Source of the DNA: a virus
Length of the DNA: 64,000 bases
Strand: one strand, 5' to 3'
IMG/VR virus record: IMGVR_UViG_3300038856_000064
Location: 1-64,000 of that record
This document shows positions 33,930-44,144 of this stretch, in pieces. Numbering within the stretch: position 1 is the first letter of the stretch; each line of letters starts with the position of its first letter. The position numbers and the translations under genes are program-made. The notes below the pieces were generated by a model. It ran no database searches and was not told the origin of the DNA. It worked only from the letters and a program-made list of their open reading frames with translations.

Positions 33930-34511
33930 ATGATTTATATGGCAACACTTAAAATTTGCGACTGGCTTAAAGAAAGGCTGGGTAAAGACGATGAGACATT
34001 TATCGTCACTGTCGGAGAATATGAATTCGAGGTGGGACAGAAAGGTAGGGATGCTCTCATGAAGCAACTAGAGAGTGAAAATGCACCGAATACACCCCAA
34101 ATAATTGAGCGTGTCGTAGCCAAGGATGCACCCCCACCAACGCTTCAGGCGGCTCCTCCTGGTGTCCAGGTTCAGGTAGACGATGACCCGTTTGACTCGG
34201 GGCCAAGCTCAATGCCAACCCCACCACAAGCGGCACCCCAATCCGAAATAAGGCCAGAAGATATTATAGAAATCCCTGACGACGTCCGACGCCCATTTAA
34301 AAAGCCATCCAAGTCACAGTCTGAGCGTGTCATAGAAGACGCTAAGGTATTTAACGAGGGTACACTTCCGTCTCTCACTATGGGGGCATCAGAGCAACGC
34401 GATGCCTTACGTAAGCTAAAAGAACAAGAGGAAGTTCAGAACGAAATAGTCCGTCGTAAAGCGCGACGGGGCATAAGAGTAAACTTTGATAATGAGTATG
34501 GTGGGAGATAA
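33930..34511 (+). CDS. Pro-rich hypothetical protein
   Basis: GGAGG SD; TAGTGTATCAT upstream. Confidence 0.75.
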   Translation: MIYMATLKICDWLKERLGKDDETFIVTVGEYEFEVGQKGRDALMKQLESENAPNTPQIIERVVAKDAPPPTLQAAPPGVQVQVDDDPFDSGPSSMPTPPQAAPQSEIRPEDIIEIPDDVRRPFKKPSKSQSERVIEDAKVFNEGTLPSLTMGASEQRDALRKLKEQEEVQNEIVRRKARRGIRVNFDNEYGGR

Positions 34512-34514
34512 TAG

Positions 34515-34973
34515 ATGAATAAGCTACTAATGTTTTCTTTTCTAGGTGTTGCCCTGATGCTACCTAGCTGTTCTGCTGTCCAAAATGCTAGAGACTCCCT
34601 GGCAGAAATGTCACAAGAGGACTATAGCGAATTAACCAGTAATGTTTCAGATGCCAGCGCTATTGCTGGAGAAAGACTCAAAAACCTACTAGATGAAAAT
34701 CAGGTAGAGATTGCCCTTTTGGTAACTCAGGAATTGTTCACAGCTATTGAAAAAGATTCTCTAGATGCCGCCGATCTCGTCAAGGGAGTTGTGGATCAGT
34801 ATGGTTTGCGACTTGGCTTAAATGAGGAACAACTAGGATATATCAGGGACGCGGCTAAGATCATTGACGCAGCCGTAGGACAGATTAGTCTTGGAATCGA
34901 TGGTGAGTTAACCTTACGCGAGAAGGGATTGCTGTTAGCACTACTTGCGGGAATTCACTCTGGACTGCAATGA
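34515..34973 (+). CDS. lipoprotein
   Basis: LPSC lipobox. Confidence 0.7.
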   Translation: MNKLLMFSFLGVALMLPSCSAVQNARDSLAEMSQEDYSELTSNVSDASAIAGERLKNLLDENQVEIALLVTQELFTAIEKDSLDAADLVKGVVDQYGLRLGLNEEQLGYIRDAAKIIDAAVGQISLGIDGELTLREKGLLLALLAGIHSGLQ

Positions 34974-35347
34974 TTAATGCGTGGTTCAATGAGCGTGGAT
35001 ATAGATTCACCACCCCCAGGGGAGAGGGAAAGTTTGCTTATGAACTCCCATCAGCCACAGTAGACAATGCCGCCGCCCTTTATGCATCTAGATGGATGGT
35101 TTTAAATCAAATGATGGATGCTATTAAAAACTCTGGAGAGGATACAAAGGGACAAGATATTACCTTGTATACGGACGGTCGCCTGATAGAGGAGCTTCGT
35201 GGAGACATAAAGCCCGAAACCTCTTATGCAAGATCATCCCTATATTATTTTATAACATATGATTACGTTTATTTTAGGCGTATCATTTTAGAAAAGTGTA
35301 CGACTTCTACAATAGATGGTAAATTAAGTGAAGCAATTAGCGCTTAG
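34970..35347 (+). CDS. hypothetical protein, possible degenerate RNase H fold
   Basis: ITLYTDGRLI resembles RNase HI hxTDSxh. Confidence 0.55.
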   Translation: MINAWFNERGYRFTTPRGEGKFAYELPSATVDNAAALYASRWMVLNQMMDAIKNSGEDTKGQDITLYTDGRLIEELRGDIKPETSYARSSLYYFITYDYVYFRRIILEKCTTSTIDGKLSEAISA

Positions 35348-35534
35348 TGATGCAGAGCAACTAGACAAGATGATTATAAGATATGGAGAATTTAGTCACA
35401 AGCTTTTAGATCCAGAACTTCCTCATCACGAGAAGCAGTCAATAAATATAGCGTTACTAATGCTTAAAGAACTCATAACAAATAAACTGCGAGATGTAAA
35501 AAGACCGTATCGTGGGAAGGGTCATTACGAATGA
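35328..35534 (+). CDS. hypothetical protein
   Basis: ORF. Confidence 0.55.
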   Translation: MKQLALSDAEQLDKMIIRYGEFSHKLLDPELPHHEKQSINIALLMLKELITNKLRDVKRPYRGKGHYE

Positions 35535-36025
35535 AATCAATCTTTATAACGCTGATTCTATTACTTCTGAGTAGCTGTAGTCTTTTTGAGAAAACACCGC
35601 AGAGTGTTGTGGATGGACAGCGAGCAGTTTACCAGGGTGTTATTGCTGCCGAAGAAAACATCAATGTGATAATTGATAGATATATACGAGACTGTAAGGC
35701 AACTGTTACTTATCATGAGAATTTTATATTTGAACCAAAGATCGATTCTATTCGTTTAGATCCGAGTCTTAGCAAAGAAGAAAAATCATTACAAATTACA
35801 GAGCTTGAGCGCGAACGCCAAAAGAAGCTTGATTCAACCTTTGCATCTATAGAAAAAATTGGTGAGGATATGCGAGCCAAGGCTTTACAAAACCTCACTA
35901 TCACTAAAAAGTTAGTCACATCAATTTATAACTATATGTCAACAAGTCCGATTGAAATTGATAACTTAGAGTTCTGGATTGAAAAACTCAAACAAGTATC
36001 AGAGAAATATACAGATGGACAATAA
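35531..36025 (+). CDS. lipoprotein, helical
   Basis: LSSC lipobox. Confidence 0.75.
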   Translation: MKSIFITLILLLLSSCSLFEKTPQSVVDGQRAVYQGVIAAEENINVIIDRYIRDCKATVTYHENFIFEPKIDSIRLDPSLSKEEKSLQITELERERQKKLDSTFASIEKIGEDMRAKALQNLTITKKLVTSIYNYMSTSPIEIDNLEFWIEKLKQVSEKYTDGQ

Positions 36026-36287
36026 GGATATTAGAGAAGTACTTACTGCGCTTCTAACAAGTATTGCCGCTAAAGCACGACAAGACGCGCTAGCGGGTCA
36101 GTCAGATATAGGATCTATCTTTAGCCAAGATGGAGAAAACTTAAAGAGTCTTAACGCACAGGCTGTAGAAGATGCCATTGTCAATATCAAAAAGGCAACG
36201 GCAACGAAGGAAGGCGCAAGGCGCCTTATAAATGGTATTATGGTAGTAGCAAAAGTGGCAGCCAAAGCTGCCCTCCCACCGGCATGA
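36015..36287 (+). CDS. hypothetical protein
   Basis: coupled ORF. Confidence 0.7.
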   Translation: MDNKDIREVLTALLTSIAAKARQDALAGQSDIGSIFSQDGENLKSLNAQAVEDAIVNIKKATATKEGARRLINGIMVVAKVAAKAALPPA

Positions 36288-36466
36288 ACAATTACGAAGA
36301 AGAAGATCTGAACGAAAAAGAAGACCGTAAGAAGCGGTATCAACGTAGACGAGGTCACGTACCAACAGGTGCGCCTGACGACTCGCCACGTCACAAACGT
36401 CGACCCCCCTATAAACGCGAAAATATCCAGTGGGATGATGAGGAGTGGCTCGATGAACTTGAATAG
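36284..36466 (+). CDS. small charged protein
   Basis: ATGA-coupled. Confidence 0.65.
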   Translation: MNNYEEEDLNEKEDRKKRYQRRRGHVPTGAPDDSPRHKRRPPYKRENIQWDDEEWLDELE

Positions 36467-36480
36467 ATGAGAGCGTAAGC

Positions 36481-37293
36481 GTGAATAAGAAATTACTAGT
36501 GTGGTATATTGTTGCGTTTTTCGGCATAAGTACACTCTTCGTTACGAGACCAGGTCCGGCTATCGTGCCAGCACAAACGTTCGAGCCCCTCGTTATAGAA
36601 ACTTCGGCGCTTGAAAGAGGACGACAAGCTACATTTGATATGTATAAGCCAGGCGTCAATTCTGGAACTGCTGTTCTTATAAGCAGAATAAGGGATGGGG
36701 ACGAATGGCTCTATAGGGCTATGACTGCGTATCATGTAATTAGTGACATAGAGGACGATGCCACCTTTAGGGGAATACTTACATTCCAACCAAGTTTTCA
36801 TGGAGAACCGCTTATTCTAGATGTGGAGCATATTGGGGTAGGCCAAACACTTCCGGCATATGATTGGGCAACAGTAGAATTTAGACATGGTACACTATTA
36901 CAATGTGCAGATGTTGCAACTCGTGCAGACTTTATAAACGTTAAGTCATTCGAAACTATTTACGCAGTAGGATGTGCTGCCTCCTTTGGTCAGCAACTAA
37001 GAGAGGGAATAATCAGTTCAACACACAATCATCATGTCTCAACACCATCATATCCCCATAGGCAATGGAATACTTCCCCCAGGAACTTTTTTAAGGTTTC
37101 ATTCCCTATCTGGTACGGAGACTCGGGCGGTCCCGTTTTTACAAAACATGGTAAGGTAATAGGGATCATAAACGCCTTCACCATTGGCGGGGGCTTCCAG
37201 GCTCCACTTACTCACAGCGGTGTATCTGTGAAGATTCATACCATAAGGGAATTCGTGTCTGTCAATAAGGATTTTTTCAAAGTAGAGAATTAG
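36481..37293 (+). CDS. trypsin-like serine protease with N-terminal anchor
   Basis: TAYHV, YDWA, GDSGGP. Confidence 0.88.
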   Translation: MNKKLLVWYIVAFFGISTLFVTRPGPAIVPAQTFEPLVIETSALERGRQATFDMYKPGVNSGTAVLISRIRDGDEWLYRAMTAYHVISDIEDDATFRGILTFQPSFHGEPLILDVEHIGVGQTLPAYDWATVEFRHGTLLQCADVATRADFINVKSFETIYAVGCAASFGQQLREGIISSTHNHHVSTPSYPHRQWNTSPRNFFKVSFPIWYGDSGGPVFTKHGKVIGIINAFTIGGGFQAPLTHSGVSVKIHTIREFVSVNKDFFKVEN

Positions 37294-37294
37294 A

Positions 37295-37534
37295 ATGGAA
37301 TTAAATGAAGAGATTTGGGGCTTGATTAGCTCCACTGTAGGTATTTCAGAGGATGCTAAAAAGGCTTTGCATGCACAGATTATGCGCCTAATAGAACAGT
37401 CAAAGGCATCGCCAGTTGGTAGGAAGATGGGTGTAGCAGTGATGACCCAGGAGGCATCTTTATCCGCAGATAAGGTAGCCTCGGATCGTAGAAACAAGCC
37501 GTTGGCTGGTGATGCAAAGCCGAAAACCCTATAA
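37295..37534 (+). CDS. hypothetical protein
   Basis: ORF. Confidence 0.6.
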   Translation: MELNEEIWGLISSTVGISEDAKKALHAQIMRLIEQSKASPVGRKMGVAVMTQEASLSADKVASDRRNKPLAGDAKPKTL

Positions 37535-37830
37535 TGTTTAAATGGTTGAGTAAGCTTAAAATCTGGAAGAGGTCTAGTAGTACTCCTCCAGAAATCACAA
37601 CATACGATTATGGGCGTTACGTATACAAACCAGTAGCTCAACGTGCCCTCTCTGAGGTCATGGGTATGAGTCAAACCGAGCTTGTAAATAGGATGACGAA
37701 TGGCGGCATGGAGGTTTATCTTAACGAAGATAGTCTCGACGTGACTCACTTAGTGCTGAGGTTGGAGTCGGGTAGCTATGAGGTTTGGGTGCCCGAACTA
37801 TCTAAGATCTGGCGCTTTTTCATACTGTAG
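37534..37830 (+). CDS. hypothetical protein
   Basis: TAATG-coupled. Confidence 0.65.
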   Translation: MFKWLSKLKIWKRSSSTPPEITTYDYGRYVYKPVAQRALSEVMGMSQTELVNRMTNGGMEVYLNEDSLDVTHLVLRLESGSYEVWVPELSKIWRFFIL

Positions 37831-37894
37831 TAGGATTCCTTTTAGTGTATCATAGAGACTGACAAGTTTCAATGTAACAGTAAGAGGTAAAAGC

Positions 37895-38290
37895 GTGGCA
37901 AGAGAAAGTAGTGTAAGAAACGGGTCCGGGATTTCTGTCCTTCGCGAGATCAATGATCCGCCGATTATAGGGATGGCAGGTAGCAATAGTGTCATTGTCA
38001 ACTATGAAGATATTAATAGCTGCCTAGGAATAGTTCAAGGTTCGGGGTTGGTGGTCAGCACCGCAGCGGTGCATCTCTCATCTCCATCTAATCGAATGCG
38101 AGGCCGCAGAAAGGTCTTCATCCAAAACCGTGGACCCAATGCTGTTTTTCTAGGTGCCTCTGGGGTCACGGTAAGTAACGGATACTCCATCCCACATAGC
38201 GGAAGTATGGAGCTAGATGTTCTTGACTACGGACACCTATATGTTGTCTCAGAAGGTACTTCAGACGTTCGCATCCTGGAACTTCGATAA
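37895..38290 (+). CDS. putative virion beta-sandwich protein (paralog of 38337..38744)
   Basis: RR.V.I.N.G..G..G..I..GS..L.V..DVRILEL. Confidence 0.7.
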   Translation: MARESSVRNGSGISVLREINDPPIIGMAGSNSVIVNYEDINSCLGIVQGSGLVVSTAAVHLSSPSNRMRGRRKVFIQNRGPNAVFLGASGVTVSNGYSIPHSGSMELDVLDYGHLYVVSEGTSDVRILELR

Positions 38291-38336
38291 AAAATAGTCG
38301 TGGTTCTCCCTAGTCAACTAGGGGATAGGAGGTAGA

Positions 38337-38744
38337 ATGGCATACGAAGGATCTGTAACGATTGGTTCAGGGATAAATCCACACAAAAAGGAAGTCCCTA
38401 TAAATACTACGTCGCACGAAAAACATTTGCGTGGGACGCAGGTTGTATTAATCAATCCAGAGGATGGAAGTGCGGGTGGTAGCGGATTAGTAACTGCCAT
38501 AACCGTAGGAGGCTCAGTTATAAAGCTCCCGACAACCCCGCTAAAGTATCGTAGGGCTGTATCGGTATATAATGGAACAAGTGGTGACACTTTATATATA
38601 GGATTCGATCCAAATATCACAACTGGAACTGGCTGGCCCATTATTGCTGGCGGATCCATTGCGCTAGAAGTTAATGCTGAAGTATTGATATACGGAATTA
38701 GCGATGGTAGCTCTACCGATGTGCGCATCTTGGAGTTGAGCTAG
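38337..38744 (+). CDS. putative virion beta-sandwich protein (paralog of 37895..38290)
   Basis: AGGAGG SD; same C-terminal domain. Confidence 0.75.
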   Translation: MAYEGSVTIGSGINPHKKEVPINTTSHEKHLRGTQVVLINPEDGSAGGSGLVTAITVGGSVIKLPTTPLKYRRAVSVYNGTSGDTLYIGFDPNITTGTGWPIIAGGSIALEVNAEVLIYGISDGSSTDVRILELS

Positions 38745-39658
38745 TGGGAATCATTGGTGGAGGATTAATTAACCCTTCCAATCAGGGGTCTAGTAGCTCA
38801 TCTAGCAGTCAGCTAGCCCTATCTGATGGCTTGGCGTGTTATACCGCATCCTTTTCTGGAGTATCGACTACTCAATTTAGTCATGGATTAGGATCAACAA
38901 ACCTTGTCATAGAATTCAAAGATTCCGGTGGCAACTTACTAATCCCAGATACGTGGTCTATTATAAATAGTAATGTTATCGAAGCGGAGTTTAGTCCCGC
39001 AGCTACTGGTGACGTTACCATTATTGCATGCATAGAAAGTGGGCTCGCCCCTGTTACTGGTGGCGTAACAACTATAGAGGGGCTGTCAGGTATAGTTGAC
39101 TTAGATTCGCCTAATGGCAGTATAGTTATATCAACTAGCGGTCAGGTGATCAATCTTAATGCGATTTTTACGCCTGCATCTGGTGCAGTTTTAGAGCAAA
39201 AATGCCGTGACATCGACACATTGAGTGGTATGATTGGGGGCGGTGGAGGCGGCACGCCCGACGCAGGACAGACCTCGATCAATGGTCTCTCTGGACAACT
39301 TCAGCTAACGTCTCCGGATGGTAGCATTCTTGTCGGTGATGGCGATCAAGCAATCGAACTTAGTGGCCTATTTACTCAAGCCTCTGGTGCTGTTTTGCAG
39401 CAAAAATGTGACGATATAGATACGCTAAGTGGACTTAACAGAGTTGAAAAAGCCACATCCGACTTCACACCAACGTCGGGTAATGCGTTTGTATTAGAGC
39501 ATGGACTACTAACAACAGATTTTACTTTTACAATGTGGTCGACAGCAACAACGCCACCAAGGTTAATGACACCAAATAACTTATATGCATCAGGGGTTAA
39601 TCATGTAGTTGTTGTATTAGATGTTCCAACATCTGGTAAGGTAGTGCTTGTAGGATAA
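38744..39658 (+). CDS. putative fibre/virion protein with internal repeats
   Basis: two HxLG-type domains, two SP[DN]GSI..ASGA.L..K..D.DTLSG modules. Confidence 0.7.
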   Translation: MGIIGGGLINPSNQGSSSSSSSQLALSDGLACYTASFSGVSTTQFSHGLGSTNLVIEFKDSGGNLLIPDTWSIINSNVIEAEFSPAATGDVTIIACIESGLAPVTGGVTTIEGLSGIVDLDSPNGSIVISTSGQVINLNAIFTPASGAVLEQKCRDIDTLSGMIGGGGGGTPDAGQTSINGLSGQLQLTSPDGSILVGDGDQAIELSGLFTQASGAVLQQKCDDIDTLSGLNRVEKATSDFTPTSGNAFVLEHGLLTTDFTFTMWSTATTPPRLMTPNNLYASGVNHVVVVLDVPTSGKVVLVG

Positions 39659-40614
39659 CTTAGTGTATTATCATTATATATTTATAACCCTTAAGGAGAA
39701 ATAATGTCGCTCATTAACTCATTTCTTGATTTTGTCGGTAGCGGTATCATCCGCGCTAATGCCGACTCGGTCATTTTTCGAGATACATATCTAACTGGTG
39801 ACCTGCCGGTCGCCGAAACAGGTCAGGCTAGCTTAGATGCACGATTTGTTGCATCTTCAATTCTAGGTGCTATTAACGAACTTATTGATGGCTTAGCCAC
39901 AACTTCGGGCCTTGTTTCGTCACCCGATCGCGTGACATCCTATGTCGAGGGTGTAGACACATCTGCATTTGTTCATAATATCAATCATAGTCTAGGAACT
40001 TTCGATATCGCCGTAACATATTACAATATGGATCCTTCGGGGTCTCCAGGTGTTGCACAACCAGTAATTGTTAGCTACTACCCAACCAGTGCGGATGATG
40101 TTCGTGTCGAACTTGACGCATCGGCTTCTGGACACTTTGTAGTAATGGGAGCCCAGTATAGGGTTTAAAAATGCCTAAATTTAATGGAGATATTGTCTTT
40201 ATTGATACTAGTGGTCAGATATATCCCACTCAGGGTGATCTGACCCTACGAGCTAACTTCAACGGTGACGGACATGTTGTCATCGGTAGTGGTATCTCCC
40301 TACGTCCGGAAGTAGATTGCGATGCGTCAGACGCAATGGACCTAGGTCAGGATGGTTTACGATGGAAAACCTTATTCGCATGTAGTGGCAACTTCTTAGA
40401 GCGCTTGACTGTTAATAGCAGCGGCATACAGCTTCGGGGTGAAGGCGTAGATTCCATTAATGGCTTTCTGGGTGTAGTAACAATTACTTCGCCTGATGGC
40501 TCAATTCTAGTCGGGGACGGACCACAAGCTATTGAGCTAAGTGGCTTATTCACGGCAGCCTCAGGAGCGCTACTAGAGCAACACTCAGATGATTTAATAA
40601 CACTAAGTGGTCTT
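39068..40614 (+). repeat. about 55-aa protein module in three copies (about 39068-39233, 39272-39435, 40450-40614)
   Basis: TSPDGSILVGDG.QAIELSGLFT.ASGA.L.Q shared between two genes. Confidence 0.85.
39704..40168 (+). CDS. putative virion protein
   Basis: AAGGAG SD; GAINEL, NHSLG domain. Confidence 0.7.
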   Translation: MSLINSFLDFVGSGIIRANADSVIFRDTYLTGDLPVAETGQASLDARFVASSILGAINELIDGLATTSGLVSSPDRVTSYVEGVDTSAFVHNINHSLGTFDIAVTYYNMDPSGSPGVAQPVIVSYYPTSADDVRVELDASASGHFVVMGAQYRV

Positions 40615-40896
40615 ATCGGATCTGGTGGTGGCGGTTCAGTTAGTGGTTTTGCTGCACATACATTCATAGCATCCGATTCTACTGGCAATTCGGTTGAGTC
40701 ATTAAATCTTATGGAGAGTGACGAAACCAACGGTCCTGGACTTACTCTTTTGAAGACAACTAGATTTCAAGATGTGGCGGTAGACTTCTTACATGATGGC
40801 GCGCTAGAGGGTGGTGACTGGACCTTAGAACTCCAAAAATATGTAGATGGATCTGGATACATAACACAATCAACCTTTACCGTAGCAACAGAATAA
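40171..40896 (+). CDS. putative tail fibre-like protein
   Basis: P..D..DLG....RWK fibre repeat; shared module. Confidence 0.7.
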   Translation: MPKFNGDIVFIDTSGQIYPTQGDLTLRANFNGDGHVVIGSGISLRPEVDCDASDAMDLGQDGLRWKTLFACSGNFLERLTVNSSGIQLRGEGVDSINGFLGVVTITSPDGSILVGDGPQAIELSGLFTAASGALLEQHSDDLITLSGLIGSGGGGSVSGFAAHTFIASDSTGNSVESLNLMESDETNGPGLTLLKTTRFQDVAVDFLHDGALEGGDWTLELQKYVDGSGYITQSTFTVATE

Positions 40897-40897
40897 A

Positions 40898-41626
40898 ATG
40901 AGCAAAACATATCTAGGACAGGCATCAATCAATTTCGAATATAACCCACTGGAACCAATTCGTAGACTGCCATATAGAGTTGCGTCACCTAGTGGAGAGT
41001 GTTATATTTATACGGACCCATTGATATTTACAAAAAGCAATGCCACTCATCTAGATGTAGTTCATGAAGCATCTGGTGTCAAACTACCTACAACTACCCT
41101 AGGAGGTAATAACTTCTTACTAGGTCCGCTAGATCTATTTATTACTGAGAGTGGTATACCAAAAGTTATTTTGAAGCATGGCAACCTAAGAATCCTCAAG
41201 GGTCCCTCAGAGCCAGAGTTTTGTAAAGTCATTGACGAGCACAGGCCACTGTTATACCTTACTAAAGATGCTACCGTGACAGCTAGTGGTACTGGATTAA
41301 TTGAAAGTATATCAACTCAGTTTGATGCAGCTAAAACTGCGGACTATAGAATTTCCTGGTATTTCGAATGGTCGGGGCTTAGGGTAACGCCTGGCATTGC
41401 GGAGTTCGGTCTTGATATCGATGAAGGCGATCTACTAAGTGATTTCTCGATCTTTTCAATCTCACAGATGGATGGGTTGTATCAACCAGTATATGGAATA
41501 GATATAAGAGAAATCGAAGCCGGAGAGCATAGTATTAGATTACGTTTTAGAAATGCGCCAGGTTCTAATGTGCTCAACACCACATCTATTAGAAGGGGTA
41601 AGTTAATCGTGGAGTTAATTAAATGA
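40898..41626 (+). CDS. putative virion protein
   Basis: beta-rich C-terminal domain. Confidence 0.6.
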   Translation: MSKTYLGQASINFEYNPLEPIRRLPYRVASPSGECYIYTDPLIFTKSNATHLDVVHEASGVKLPTTTLGGNNFLLGPLDLFITESGIPKVILKHGNLRILKGPSEPEFCKVIDEHRPLLYLTKDATVTASGTGLIESISTQFDAAKTADYRISWYFEWSGLRVTPGIAEFGLDIDEGDLLSDFSIFSISQMDGLYQPVYGIDIREIEAGEHSIRLRFRNAPGSNVLNTTSIRRGKLIVELIK

Positions 41627-43008
41627 CGTTTTCGGCAACTATAGTAACTAGCGGCGCATTAACGGGTGGTGGTCCGACACAAGATTTTATATCACCAGGG
41701 TTTGGAACCCCTAAGGCTGCTATCTTTACAGCAACTCTTGCACAAGAGAATCTATCTGGAGTAAATGCGACCCTATCTATAGGGCTTACGGATGGAACTA
41801 ACCAATATGTTTACTCCACCTTGGCGTCTGATAACTCCGACCCGACCTTTGATAGAAGACGCGGCACAAACGATGAGGTCGTCCTATGGATGAATCATCT
41901 AGATGGAACTATAGATGGTGAAGCTAATTTTGTAAGCTTTATCGAAGATGGTGTACGTATCTCATACGGAGATTTCCCAGCCTCTGGATACCAAATCTCT
42001 TGCACTATGTTTACTGGAGATTCGTTGTCTGCATACGTGGGGCAATTTACTTCATCTAGCACGCAAGACGCTTCAGTGGATATTACTGCACCAAATTTCC
42101 CTGCTGATCAGGTTATAGGAGCAACATGTCGTACAACCGCTAACGATAGCAGCGTAACAAGCGCAGCAATGAGTATTGGATTCTTTGACAGTGGAGATAC
42201 AGACGTAAACATCTCTATGAACTGGGGATCTGCTAATGGCTCTAGCGCTGGAGATCCTAATGTTTATGCATTCCTGGCAACTAACAGATTCTGCATGAAC
42301 ATCAGTAATACTAATACATTTGGTAATTTCGAACTCACGCAACACCCGTTGGGTTTTACAGCTACTACCAGGGGAACCTCTGCCAGCGTTACAGACGTTG
42401 GTTATCTAGCTATGGCATATAGTGGCTTGCCACATTGGGCTGACATCATTGAGTCGCCTACGTCGACCGGACCGATTACGGAAAGTGGCTTGGGTTTTTC
42501 ACCAGCGTTTACAATGTTTGGGCCAAGTCGTATTGGGAGTGCTGACTTAGATTCTCTACTCAATTTTGACGATGTTGAGGCTGAGGCGGTGTCGTTCGGT
42601 GGATTTACGCCAGATGGTAAATCTTTTGCATGCTCGGCTGGAGTTAATACTCTTAGTCCAATACCACAAGAAGCGTCTAATGTATCTACTAGTTTGAGGC
42701 CACTAAATCATCCCGATATTGGATCACATCCGATCCCTATACTTCAAGCAAGTTATGTCGAGAATGTTGCTAGTGGATTTACTTTACATTATACAAGCGT
42801 AGACGCTTCTGCACGGTCTATCATTGCAATTGCCGCAGGAGAAAGCGATATTCCCGTTCCAGTAACCCCATCTGGAGTTACATCCTGTGGGCAATGGAAT
42901 AGCCCCATCACACTAAATCCATGTGAAAAGATTAGGCTCAAGCTTACTGGTTCTGGTGTTCAGAACGTATCAGCTAGAGTAACTCTTGGAATGGATATCC
43001 TCGATTAG
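41623..43008 (+). CDS. putative receptor-binding/fibre protein
   Basis: S/T/G-rich, GF.P repeats. Confidence 0.65.
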   Translation: MTFSATIVTSGALTGGGPTQDFISPGFGTPKAAIFTATLAQENLSGVNATLSIGLTDGTNQYVYSTLASDNSDPTFDRRRGTNDEVVLWMNHLDGTIDGEANFVSFIEDGVRISYGDFPASGYQISCTMFTGDSLSAYVGQFTSSSTQDASVDITAPNFPADQVIGATCRTTANDSSVTSAAMSIGFFDSGDTDVNISMNWGSANGSSAGDPNVYAFLATNRFCMNISNTNTFGNFELTQHPLGFTATTRGTSASVTDVGYLAMAYSGLPHWADIIESPTSTGPITESGLGFSPAFTMFGPSRIGSADLDSLLNFDDVEAEAVSFGGFTPDGKSFACSAGVNTLSPIPQEASNVSTSLRPLNHPDIGSHPIPILQASYVENVASGFTLHYTSVDASARSIIAIAAGESDIPVPVTPSGVTSCGQWNSPITLNPCEKIRLKLTGSGVQNVSARVTLGMDILD

Positions 43009-43016
43009 TGTATAAT
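43006..43016 (+). promoter_or_regulatory. TAGTGTATNAT motif (about 10 copies in window)
   Basis: copies at 1902, 9040, 11040 (variant), 15513, 28685, 33908, 37843, 39661, 43006 and minus 54910-54920. Confidence 0.7.
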
Positions 43017-43021
43017 GTTAT

Positions 43022-43324
43022 ATGATAGCACTGATGGATATGATGGGACCCATATTACAAACAGGAGCGGTAGGCGCCATGCTTATTGTAATGGTTCGCT
43101 GGATCAAGGCTAAGGATAGGAAAAGCTATGAGTTAATTGACCAGCAAAATAAAGAGCGACAACAAATGTATGAATCACATAACGAGCTAGTGCGCGAAGT
43201 CACAAAGGCACTTATGGATAAAAATCACACAGACGATAAAATGAGTGCGGCTGTAACAAAATTATCAGAAGAGCTTCGCGAGGTTCGTGAAACACTAAAA
43301 GGACTAAATAATGAAGCTACCTGA
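43022..43324 (+). CDS. holin-like protein (N-terminal TM + coiled coil)
   Basis: single TM then heptads. Confidence 0.5.
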   Translation: MIALMDMMGPILQTGAVGAMLIVMVRWIKAKDRKSYELIDQQNKERQQMYESHNELVREVTKALMDKNHTDDKMSAAVTKLSEELREVRETLKGLNNEAT

Positions 43325-43496
43325 TCCACAAGATCAATTACCCCGCCTCAGTCAGGAAGTAAAAGATATGAATGGCAAGTCTACTCGTAGACTGAATGAG
43401 TGTCTGGACGCCCTGACTGACCTACTAGATGACGATAGAGAGGAGTCCCGTGAGGAGCCCCAGATTAGCCCTGATAGCCCTCCTGACGCTAAGTAG
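43311..43496 (+). CDS. hypothetical protein
   Basis: AAGGA SD. Confidence 0.5.
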   Translation: MKLPDPQDQLPRLSQEVKDMNGKSTRRLNECLDALTDLLDDDREESREEPQISPDSPPDAK

Positions 43497-43815
43497 CTGC
43501 GGAGCCCTCGATGGGGCGGTGGATCACGCAGCGGAGCGCACAGAGGCGCTGGTGGTCAGGACAGCGGAAGAGATCGATAGACTCAAGGATGAGATCATTA
43601 TCGACATTGGCGGGATAAAAACCGAAATCATCGAAGAGGTCGGTAATAAAATCGAGGAGGTCGCACCAGTCGTGGTGGATACTGCGCTAAATACAGAGGC
43701 CGTAGCCTTTCTGATAGTAGCGGTGACCTTCTTACTCGGATTAGTTGTAATAGTTGCTTTAGTTTTATTACTAGGTGCAACTAGAGCACTATATGCAAAA
43801 TGGCGTAAAGCTTAA
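43429..43815 (+). CDS. lipoprotein with C-terminal TM (u-spanin topology)
   Basis: LSSC lipobox; C-terminal hydrophobic helix + KWRK. Confidence 0.6.
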   Translation: MTIERSPVRSPRLALIALLTLSSCGALDGAVDHAAERTEALVVRTAEEIDRLKDEIIIDIGGIKTEIIEEVGNKIEEVAPVVVDTALNTEAVAFLIVAVTFLLGLVVIVALVLLLGATRALYAKWRKA

Positions 43816-44144
43816 AAAGCGAACGACTTACCACAACCACACCCTCCGTTACTGTTAGGGAATGACCAAATAAATCCACGATTCAATAATCCCCCACCAT
43901 AATCAAGCGTCGCACCTCGTAAGAGGGCGGCGCTTTTTTCGTCTACGATGAATTCAATGTCCCCAATAAAGAATACTAAGTCCGAATCAGGATCTGATGG
44001 GAACTTGGTAAAATTCATATCGACGGTAACGCCAGAACACCCTCCGCCGAACATTGCTATTCTTATGCGGAGTTCTTTGCCTTCGTCTAGGGCGGCGCAC
44101 CTAAATTCCTTTAGCGCTGATGAGGTTATATTAATTAGATCCAT
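43812..44144 (-). CDS. iscA: A-type Fe-S carrier (IscA/HesB/ErpA)
   Basis: GGGCSG, DY, CGCGKSF. Confidence 0.9.
   Translation of the reverse strand: MDLINITSSALKEFRCAALDEGKELRIRIAMFGGGCSGVTVDMNFTKFPSDPDSDLVFFIGDIEFIVDEKSAALLRGATLDYGGGLLNRGFIWSFPNSNGGCGCGKSFAF

Noticed and set aside
43800-43830. Terminator at the convergent strand switch
   Set aside because: The two stop codons overlap and no hairpin plus U-tract is evident
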